From assembly GCA_045642025.1 (NCBI GenBank), contig JAZUIB010000003.1:1-27599 (forward strand): a stretch of DNA of 27,599 nt, read 5' to 3'. This document shows, piece by piece, positions 8,420-15,396 of the stretch (position 1 is the first letter of the stretch; the number at the start of each line of letters is the position of its first letter). Position numbers and translations under genes: made by a program. This DNA comes from Synergistaceae bacterium. Its GTDB lineage: Bacteria; Synergistota; Synergistia; Synergistales; Synergistaceae. The notes below the pieces were generated by a model, which saw only the letters and a list, made by a program, of their open reading frames with translations, had not been told where the DNA came from and ran no database searches.

Positions 8420-8448
8420 GCAGACAAGCGAAATAATCGCTTGTCTGC
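8420..8448. other. Perfect palindromic hairpin GCAGACAAGCG-AAATAAT-CGCTTGTCTGC between genes 8461..8961 and 7526..8380; possible terminator/attenuator or operator
   Basis: 11-bp perfect stem with a 7-nt loop. Flanking sequence is A/T-rich but has no clean U-tract. Confidence 0.4.
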
Positions 8449-8460
8449 GTGATGAGATTT

Positions 8461-8961
8461 CTATCTGATATACTGATGGCTGACCCAGCCTTTTCTGTCT
8501 TTGTATTCAACCTGATACCAAAATTCATTTATATTACCGTCAAGAGCATCAAAAAATTGGCATCCTGTGACCAAAACTTCTTCATTTCCGGGGAAACAAT
8601 ACAGCACTGGGGAGTTTTTACTGGCTTTTTGCCTCATATTAACCCTTGTTCCCTTAATATGACGCTTCGGAATCTGTACAAACTGACCATAAATCCAGCC
8701 ATTTTCCTCTCCGGTGCCTTCTTCAATATTTATATCAATCTTGTACCAGGGATATTTTTCACCAGGGTTATGGTGTTTTCCGCATAAAATAAAACTATTG
8801 CCTTTATTCATTTGATACAACACAGAGGCACCTTTGTTGGGATTTTTCCTTACATTGACATTGTTGCCTGTAACTATTGGACCCAGAAAAGATTCAGCCA
8901 ACGCAGTCCCCGCAATGAATACCGACAAAACCACAAGCAGCATAATAATTTTCTTCTTCAT
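8461..8961 (-). CDS. Secreted protein with two tandem bacterial SH3 (SH3b-like) domains
   Basis: The ORF-track start at 8967 is TTG. ATG at 8961 has RBS GGAGG at 8 nt. The signal peptide is MKKKIIMLLVVLSVFIAGTALA. There are two copies of the motif NVNVRKNP...GWIYGQFV / TRVNMRQKAS...KGWVSHQYI. Confidence 0.8.
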   Translation of the reverse strand: MKKKIIMLLVVLSVFIAGTALAESFLGPIVTGNNVNVRKNPNKGASVLYQMNKGNSFILCGKHHNPGEKYPWYKIDINIEEGTGEENGWIYGQFVQIPKRHIKGTRVNMRQKASKNSPVLYCFPGNEEVLVTGCQFFDALDGNINEFWYQVEYKDRKGWVSHQYIR

Positions 8962-8994
8962 AATCAAACCTCCAAAATTAATTTGAAATTATAT

Positions 8995-9459
8995 TTACTG
9001 CACATATTGTGCTGATACCCAGCCGTATTTGCCTTTGTAATAAATATACACCCAAGTACCGTCATAATATGTCGCATTGCCAAGCACCCAAACGTCCTCA
9101 TACCGAGGGAAACAATATAAAACCCCTGCTTTTTTGCTTGGTCCCTGTCTCATATTTACTCTTGAACCTGATATATAACTTTTATAAATATTTACATACT
9201 GTCCGTATATCCAGCCTGCGTTTACATCATATTCTGAGGAAACAAATCTGTACCATGGATATTCTTCACCCGGATTTTTATGCACTTCAATAATTTTACC
9301 GTAGTTTCCGCTATTAAGCTGATACATAACTCCAGCGTTTATATTCGGCGCACGTCTTACATTAACATGTGTGCCATTAACGGTAGGCAGAGTATAAGCA
9401 AAAGCGGTGCCGGTTAAAAGAACTGCCATAATTGCAAGTACTATAATAACTTTTTTCAT
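8995..9459 (-). CDS. Secreted protein with two tandem SH3b-like domains (paralog of 8461..8961)
   Basis: ATG at 9459 with RBS GAGGT at 9 nt. The signal peptide is MKKVIIVLAIMAVLLTGTAFA. The repeats are HVNVRRAPN...GWIYGQYV / SRVNMRQGPS...GWVSAQYVQ. Confidence 0.8.
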   Translation of the reverse strand: MKKVIIVLAIMAVLLTGTAFAYTLPTVNGTHVNVRRAPNINAGVMYQLNSGNYGKIIEVHKNPGEEYPWYRFVSSEYDVNAGWIYGQYVNIYKSYISGSRVNMRQGPSKKAGVLYCFPRYEDVWVLGNATYYDGTWVYIYYKGKYGWVSAQYVQ

Positions 9460-9520
9460 TTTTCATTACCTCACAAACATAAATGTAACTTACAAATTTT
9501 TATACAAATTCATTCTGCCA

Positions 9521-9994
9521 TTACCAATCAGCGATTGCACTAAACACAATCCTGTCAACACTGCCATCCAGCACCTGTTGTTTAACCGGTTTTGTGCAAC
9601 AGACAATTACATGCCCCTGTTTATCGCAGATAGCAGCATAATCAACCACCATCTGTCTGCCGTTAAGTGCAAATTTTGCTTTCACATACATATAAAAAGG
9701 TGTCTGATTTAACCTGTATTTATTCCTTACTGAATTTTTTATACTCTGTGTGCGGTATGCAATCAGTTGGTCTGCATAGTAATAATTGCCATTTCCGGAC
9801 GTTGGAGCATAGTAATATGCCTTATCTGCTGTAAGTTTTGCCCTTTGCCAGTTTGACCTAAGGTTGACAAACAAAGGACTTCCGCAAGGCTTGAAGTGCT
9901 GTGTTCCGGGAACAAAATATACTGCCGAAACTTCAGGCACAAAGACCACTGTAAGCAATATAAACGTAAATAAAAATAGCAGTTTCTTTTTCAT
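9521..9994 (-). CDS. Secreted hypothetical protein (Tyr/Cys-containing, about 157 aa); start uncertain (9994 vs 10018/10027)
   Basis: The open frame runs 9521..10027. ATG at 9994 gives a classic signal peptide MKKKLLFLFTFILLTVVFVPEVSA. The RBS is weak. Confidence 0.65.
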   Translation of the reverse strand: MKKKLLFLFTFILLTVVFVPEVSAVYFVPGTQHFKPCGSPLFVNLRSNWQRAKLTADKAYYYAPTSGNGNYYYADQLIAYRTQSIKNSVRNKYRLNQTPFYMYVKAKFALNGRQMVVDYAAICDKQGHVIVCCTKPVKQQVLDGSVDRIVFSAIADW

Positions 9995-10128
9995 ATACAC
10001 TTTCACGTCATTATTCATAATAAACATATGTTATATATAAAAATACCTCACTCTGCGCAGTAATATTTCGTAATATCAGAGCATATTTTACCAGCGACAG
10101 AATGAAGTATTAAATTACATAATAACAA

Positions 10129-10995
10129 TTATCTGAGATTTATATCAATATTTTTTTGCTTTCCATCCGGATCCATAAACACAACTGTTATACCCATATG
10201 ATCCTTTGCACATTGTCTGATATGGTCTCTGAGCTCCTGAGCCGAGCAGTTTTTCGTATTTATATTATTAACCATGTAAAGTTCTGTGCCCGCCATAGCC
10301 CCTAAATTTGCCATTGCGCTTCCTGGCCTGACACTTTCGATTATAAGATACCCTTCCCTGCTTTTAGCTTTGTCGGATACATCAAAACCTGCAGATTCAA
10401 GCATACTGAACTGCGTATCATTGGAAAGCAGCACACTTTCACTAGACATATGTATTTCTCTGCGCACTTTTTCTGCCAAATCCATATCCGGTACACGTGC
10501 AGTTACAGTTATATATCTTCCAGTTGAATCCAGTTCAAAATCGACTTCTTCTCCACCATCCATGCGTGCTGTAAGCACATCATTATTATTGATTTCTGCA
10601 GACACATTATTATCCATAAACATTCTTCTGGTGGCTTCCATTGCACGTTGCGCACCGACCTGCGATGCCGCAGCAACAAAATCTTCTGCATATCCTGTAG
10701 CATGGTCAATCAGCGTTTTCTGCACTTTTATTCTCTCTTCATTATTCTGGCTGTTATTATCGGCGGCGCCAAGCAATGCACCCAATACAGCTAATCCTGC
10801 CACAATACCTGCGGCAGTACCTATTGATGAGTCATCTGAACTGCTGTGATGGTGATGGTGGTGATGCTGCGGGCGTGGATGCGGACGTGAATGTTGCCGC
10901 TGTGGCTGCGGGCGCGGATGATGCCCGCGCGGACTGGCAAATACAGGTGTAGCGGCAAGTAGAATTATCATGAGTACAGCTATAACTTTTTTCAT
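10129..10995 (-). CDS. Signal-peptide protein with His/Pro-rich tract (PRPQPQRQHSRPHPRPQHHHHHHHSS), hydrophobic Gly/Ala segment and C-terminal PDZ-like domain
   Basis: ATG at 10995 with a strong RBS AAAGGAGAGG. The signal peptide is MKKVIAVLMIILLAATPVFA. A run of 7 His follows. The C-terminal 75 aa (GYLIIESVRPGSAMANLGAMAGTELYMVNNINT...ITVVFMDPDGKQKNIDINL) fit the PDZ fold pattern. Confidence 0.8.
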   Translation of the reverse strand: MKKVIAVLMIILLAATPVFASPRGHHPRPQPQRQHSRPHPRPQHHHHHHHSSSDDSSIGTAAGIVAGLAVLGALLGAADNNSQNNEERIKVQKTLIDHATGYAEDFVAAASQVGAQRAMEATRRMFMDNNVSAEINNNDVLTARMDGGEEVDFELDSTGRYITVTARVPDMDLAEKVRREIHMSSESVLLSNDTQFSMLESAGFDVSDKAKSREGYLIIESVRPGSAMANLGAMAGTELYMVNNINTKNCSAQELRDHIRQCAKDHMGITVVFMDPDGKQKNIDINLR

Positions 10996-11039
10996 TGCGA
11001 CCTCTCCTTTATTTACGAATTAAACCGTTTTTAATAGTT

Positions 11040-11609
11040 TTAATATTCGTTCTGTATCCTGCGAAGATTTTCTTCTCTGCGTTTTTTGGCTGCTTCTCTT
11101 GCGGCATTGTGTTCCGAGTTACTCGCCGAACTTTTAACAACTGAATTTGTATTAGGTTTTGAGGAGGTAACTTTATTTTTGTTCACGCGCGGAACAACTA
11201 CCGATTTAGTCGTTTTTCTTGATTTATCAATCCTTTTTATTTTCTTTTGAGCAACGGATACCCGCGGTTGTTTTTTGTCAGTTTTAACTATCACGGCATT
11301 ATGAACAACCTTTTGTTCCTCTGTTACAGTATGCCGAACAGTATCAGGCACTGCAGATTTATCCGGTTCGTTATCTGTTACACATAAAAAATACATAAGA
11401 CAACATACTGCTATAACAGCAAGCAGTATAAATATTTTTTTCCCGTTCTTGACGGACTTATCAGACTTCTCGCTCTGCTCCTGTATAACTCGTTGCGTGT
11501 ATGCCTGTTTAGCAGCCTCTTCTGAATATGTAGCACCGCAATAGGGACAATAACTCAAACCACTGTCAAAAAATTCCCCGCAGTACGGACATTTTTTTGT
11601 ACCTGCCAT
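11040..11609 (-). CDS. Zinc-ribbon / TM protein with Lys-rich basic C-terminal tail
   Basis: ATG at 11609. The N-terminus is MAGTKKCPYCGEFFDSGLSYCPYCGA. The TM helix is IFILLAVIAVCCLMYFLCV. About 110 aa of K/R/S/V-rich low-complexity sequence follow. Confidence 0.75.
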   Translation of the reverse strand: MAGTKKCPYCGEFFDSGLSYCPYCGATYSEEAAKQAYTQRVIQEQSEKSDKSVKNGKKIFILLAVIAVCCLMYFLCVTDNEPDKSAVPDTVRHTVTEEQKVVHNAVIVKTDKKQPRVSVAQKKIKRIDKSRKTTKSVVVPRVNKNKVTSSKPNTNSVVKSSASNSEHNAAREAAKKRREENLRRIQNEY

Positions 11610-11740
11610 TATAGTTATCTCTGCTCCTTATCTACATTATCCATTCGATTTGTATCACATCTTTTATTAATTCTGCTTACTTGTTTCAGATCTATTTTGG
11701 ACATCTTGACCTTTTGTATTTTTTTCATCTTCTTTATTTT

Positions 11741-12622
11741 TCAGAAATTCGCTAATTTTGTCTGTGTTGCTTTTAATGCTAGTAACTGATGCACACCTCT
11801 ATCTTGACTGCCTTTTTTCTTTTTATCTTCAGTACGTTCTTTGTTGCTTTCTCGCGGACCACTATCCTGAGTGGTGCTTTTTGCAGGCGGCGTAATTTTG
11901 CCATTTCTGACTATAACTATCTTCATCCCGCTTTTAATATATTTCTTTAACTCATGAACATCTGTATTTTTAAGCCTTATGCATCCTTCAGTCGCATCCT
12001 TGCCGATTGATTTAGGGTCATGAGTTCCGTGAATTCCTATTCCGTTCCAGCCTGTATGAAGTCTGATAAACCATGGACCATAGGCATTTTTTATAACACC
12101 TTTACCGTCATGGAAATCATGTGACCATGTGCTAGCATCCTGTACTGACTGCACATAAAAATCGTCACCTTCGGGTGTACGAAAGTCCCCAGACTTGGTT
12201 TTATTTCCGTGATTTTTTCCTGTTGCAACTCCATACGTTTCTATCGGCTTTGGATTTTTGCCGTCCATAACATATAGCTTATGTGTCCCTTTATCAATCA
12301 ATATCCATTTTCCCTTTTCAGGGCGACGGTAACCGCTGGTTTGCACCGTCTGTGATGAAGACCCGTTTTGTTTTTCGGGGTTCTTTGGTTCTTTAGAAAC
12401 ATTTTTTTGTGCAGCAGAACTATTGCTTGCATTACCAGTTGATTTTGAAGGCGTCTCCATTTTTTTCTCACTTGATGTAGTTTTTTCACGTTTTTCTACA
12501 TCAAAACAAAAAGCTACTCTGTCAAGCGCAAGACCTGCAAAAACCCCTGCGACAAATACCAATGATAGTATTATTAGCGTTTTTTTGCGTTTCTTTGTGC
12601 GAGCGATTTCATTAGTATACAT
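11741..12622 (-). CDS. L,D-transpeptidase (YkuD-family catalytic domain) with N-terminal TM anchor, Ser/Lys-rich linker and K/E-rich C-terminal tail
   Basis: ATG at 12622 with RBS AAGGAGA. The TM helix is LIILSLVFVAGVFAGLAL. The catalytic signature is ...GIGIHGTHDPKSIGKDATEGCIRLKNTDVHEL (His...Cys motif of YkuD). Confidence 0.85.
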   Translation of the reverse strand: MYTNEIARTKKRKKTLIILSLVFVAGVFAGLALDRVAFCFDVEKREKTTSSEKKMETPSKSTGNASNSSAAQKNVSKEPKNPEKQNGSSSQTVQTSGYRRPEKGKWILIDKGTHKLYVMDGKNPKPIETYGVATGKNHGNKTKSGDFRTPEGDDFYVQSVQDASTWSHDFHDGKGVIKNAYGPWFIRLHTGWNGIGIHGTHDPKSIGKDATEGCIRLKNTDVHELKKYIKSGMKIVIVRNGKITPPAKSTTQDSGPRESNKERTEDKKKKGSQDRGVHQLLALKATQTKLANF

Positions 12623-12637
12623 ATTGTCTCCGTCTCC

Positions 12638-13204
12638 TTATTTTACAAACTGACCGTATACCCAACCTTCATATCCTTTATAAGAAATTTTGCACCAAGG
12701 ATATTTTCCGTCATACACTGGAGATACCTCAGAAACATAGACTTCTTCATAACCAGGGAACTGGAATATTACACCTGCGGACAAACTCGGATACTGCCTC
12801 ATATTAACATGTGTACCGTTAATTAAACACCAGCCGGTATGATTATATGATTGTTTTTTTTCTGGAGGCGCTTCAGTTTCAGCCGAAGCTGAACTCGAAT
12901 AATTGTTAGAAGAAGATGTATTACTTACAGCACTATTGTCTATCGTCACATTGCTATCCGTTATCTTTACACCTATGCTGAAAGCAAGTATTACAAGCAT
13001 AATTATTGCAGCCGCTATTCCTATTATTTTTGATGTGTTATCACGTTGCTGAGCACTTGGCTGCGTATATGGCGTCTGTTGAGTTTGTCGCGGTTGCTGC
13101 ATGATTGGAGTCTGTGCTGACACCTTCGGCAATACTGCGCCACAGTGTGGACAATAGTTCAGTTTATCATCTACAACGGAATCACAATACAAACACTTTT
13201 TCAT
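12638..13204 (-). CDS. Zinc-ribbon / TM / Ser-rich linker / C-terminal SH3b-like domain protein
   Basis: ATG at 13204 with RBS AAGGGA at 9 nt. The N-terminus is MKKCLYCDSVVDDKLNYCPHCGA. The TM helix is IIGIAAAIIMLVILAFSIGV. The C-terminus THVNMRQYPS...GYEGWVYGQFVK resembles the SH3b domains of 8461/8995. Confidence 0.8.
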   Translation of the reverse strand: MKKCLYCDSVVDDKLNYCPHCGAVLPKVSAQTPIMQQPRQTQQTPYTQPSAQQRDNTSKIIGIAAAIIMLVILAFSIGVKITDSNVTIDNSAVSNTSSSNNYSSSASAETEAPPEKKQSYNHTGWCLINGTHVNMRQYPSLSAGVIFQFPGYEEVYVSEVSPVYDGKYPWCKISYKGYEGWVYGQFVK

Positions 13205-13232
13205 TCAAATATCCCTTTATGGTTAGCAGTAA

Positions 13233-13925
13233 TTAGAAACTGCCTCTGCTGTTTATAGCGCGTCCATGTTTGCGTTTGGCGAATAGATCTTTCAATTCTG
13301 TAAGAACAGATTTTATTTTCTCTTCTTCCTCAGCAGAACTAAATAATGTTTCAAGTTCTTTCAGACTGGAGTCGATATCTTTATCTATATCACCAAAGAC
13401 TGTTTTATCCGAGTAATGCGCATCTTCACAAAGTTGTTCAAGCTCTGACCTGTAATCGCTGCATTTGCTGTCAGATTTCAGCTGCATTAGTCTAGATTCT
13501 ATATCCTGCATAAACGCAAATTTTACTGCTAATGCATCATCAGAGGTCTTTATTTTTGAAGCCGCGAGATAGAAAAGAAGGAATAATACACATAAAGCAA
13601 CAATTCCTACCGCCTGATGCATACTGTACCGTGTGACTTCGTCATAGTATGAATCACGCATAAATACCATTATAAGCGTAAATAGAAAATATAGCACAGA
13701 AACTGTACTGAAAGCACTTATATTAAAAGCTCTTGCATAGTCCAGTACAATTACAACCAACGCGCTGAACAGTACCAATTCAGCAATAATCACAAACAAA
13801 AGGGAAATAACATCTATTCTGTTAGCCTGAATTCCCCAGTCGCTACAGAAAAAAATCGCCAGTGTTGTCAGTAATATTAACAATTCTATAACAATTAAAG
13901 AAGTTATTTTGGAACGTTCTGTCAT
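13233..13925 (-). CDS. Four-TM membrane protein with acidic coiled-coil C-terminal domain (possible YdjH-like partner of the SPFH protein)
   Basis: ATG at 13925 with RBS GGAGGGG. Four hydrophobic helices sit in the first 125 aa. About 100 aa of E/D/K/L-rich helical sequence follow. It is 15 nt downstream of the SPFH gene. Confidence 0.75.
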   Translation of the reverse strand: MTERSKITSLIVIELLILLTTLAIFFCSDWGIQANRIDVISLLFVIIAELVLFSALVVIVLDYARAFNISAFSTVSVLYFLFTLIMVFMRDSYYDEVTRYSMHQAVGIVALCVLFLLFYLAASKIKTSDDALAVKFAFMQDIESRLMQLKSDSKCSDYRSELEQLCEDAHYSDKTVFGDIDKDIDSSLKELETLFSSAEEEEKIKSVLTELKDLFAKRKHGRAINSRGSF

Positions 13926-13940
13926 ATTGAACCCCTCCGC

Positions 13941-15245
13941 TTAAAGCAATTTTGTCCCGCATTCAGGGCAAAATTTTGTACTCTGTTCTATTTCCTTACC
14001 GCAGTTAGCGCATTTTTTGATTAGTGCAGCTCCGCATTCAGGGCAAAATTTAGCTTCTGGGGTAATTGCAGCTCCGCATTTAGGACACGGTTGAGGGAGT
14101 GTTTTGCCGCAGGCAGCACATACTTTTGCGTTATCATCTAAATCAGCGCCGCAGAACGGACACGGATTATAGTGGTCACCGCACTGAGGGCAGAATTTAG
14201 CAGTCTTCGGATATTCTGTACCACATTTATTACAAGTAATCATATCTGCAGATTTTTTGTTTTCTCTTGTGCTTGTATCTTCTGTATCTTCACCGCAGTG
14301 TCCGCAGAATCTAATACTGACAGGCATATCGCGGCCGCATTTAGGGCAGCGCTTCATTGGGGCTGTATTGATATTCTGCGCCAATGTACCCATCTGGTTG
14401 CCCATAGGAGCACCTATTCCAACTCCCATTCCCAAACCTATGCTAGCCCCCATTAGACCAGCCTGCCCAGAGCTCGGATTTGTGGCAGCACCTTCCAGTG
14501 TATCAAATGACCGCTCTTGAACATAGCTGTATCCAATAATATCCATCTCTGCACGCTTTGATAAAGCATCGCGGAGTTTAACAACTGCAGGGTCACTTTC
14601 TGGAACGTTAATATCGTTAACATAGAAGTTAATCAATCCAATGCCATAGTCGCTGAATATCTTTCCCATACGCTCTTTAAGAAATTCTGAAAGTTCATCA
14701 AGATATGCATTGATTTCAAGAATACTTACCTGTTTTTTAACCAAATACTGTGATATTGCATCTTTTGCTTTTGTTAAATAAAGACCTTTGAAATACAACT
14801 GTATGTCTGCTTTATTAAATCCATGAAGCGTACCTACAAGTTTCATAAGAAATTTTCTTGAGTCTTCTATTTTAATACCAAACTGTCCAAAAGCACGCAC
14901 AGATATAAGCAGCTTATATTTAGGATCCTGTAACTGTATCGGCGAACTGGTTCCCCATTTTATATCAAGAGAATGTATTTTGTTTACATACCATACTTCA
15001 GCAGTGAACGGTGATTTACCGCCAAACGGAATATTAACAATTTTGTTTAAAATCGGGATATTGGCAGTATCAAGAGTATGTCTGCCTGGCCCCATCAAGT
15101 CACAGGCCTGACCGCCTTTAAACAGTATTGCTTCCTGTGATTCATTAACTATCACCTGCGTCCATGTTCCTAACTCCTGACAAGGGAACTTCCACGCAAA
15201 TGTTTCCGGCCCGCCGTCATATTTGACAACATTAATTATAGCCAC
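13941..15245 (-). CDS. SPFH/band-7 (COG4260, YdjI-like) domain protein fused to five C-terminal double zinc-ribbon repeats
   Basis: The ORF-track start (GTG at 15254) abuts the RBS. GTG at 15245 lies 8 nt after AAAGGAG and gives MAIINVVKYDGGPETFAWKFP..., matching the YdjI-family N-terminus. A Gly/Met-rich linker follows. Then come 5 CxxCG-x8-11-FCxxCG units (residues about 300-437). Confidence 0.85.
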   Translation of the reverse strand: MAIINVVKYDGGPETFAWKFPCQELGTWTQVIVNESQEAILFKGGQACDLMGPGRHTLDTANIPILNKIVNIPFGGKSPFTAEVWYVNKIHSLDIKWGTSSPIQLQDPKYKLLISVRAFGQFGIKIEDSRKFLMKLVGTLHGFNKADIQLYFKGLYLTKAKDAISQYLVKKQVSILEINAYLDELSEFLKERMGKIFSDYGIGLINFYVNDINVPESDPAVVKLRDALSKRAEMDIIGYSYVQERSFDTLEGAATNPSSGQAGLMGASIGLGMGVGIGAPMGNQMGTLAQNINTAPMKRCPKCGRDMPVSIRFCGHCGEDTEDTSTRENKKSADMITCNKCGTEYPKTAKFCPQCGDHYNPCPFCGADLDDNAKVCAACGKTLPQPCPKCGAAITPEAKFCPECGAALIKKCANCGKEIEQSTKFCPECGTKLL

Positions 15246-15366
15246 TGTCAACACTCCTTTTTATAATGATGTTACTAATATAATATATTTTTTTGATAAT
15301 TTAATGTACTTGCAGTCCAATCATACTATAGCAAAACATTCGTACATGGAAAGTACTTCGCCAATT

Positions 15367-15396
15367 ATTATAATTTAGTATATTTTATGTTGTCAA
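15367..15396 (-). promoter_or_regulatory. Consensus sigma-A-type promoter (-35 TTGACA, 18-bp spacer, -10 TATAAT) about 115 nt upstream of the SPFH gene; likely drives the accessory cluster
   Basis: Minus strand reads TTGACAacataaaatatactaaatTATAAT. It sits in an AT-rich ORF-free spacer. Confidence 0.5.

Noticed and set aside
10286-10849. 187-aa + ORF
   Set aside because: It is antisense to the His-rich/PDZ gene, and its Ser/Leu/Ala-rich translation is typical of a reverse frame.
5708-13204. Diversity-generating retroelement / phase-variation explanation for the variable paralog family
   Set aside because: There is no reverse transcriptase, no template-repeat/variable-repeat pair, no invertase and no inverted-repeat-flanked invertible promoter. 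The variation is at the level of whole domains, not hypervariable codons.
14172-14520. Two + ORFs (94 and 87 aa)
   Set aside because: They are antisense to the SPFH-zinc-ribbon gene and have no RBS.
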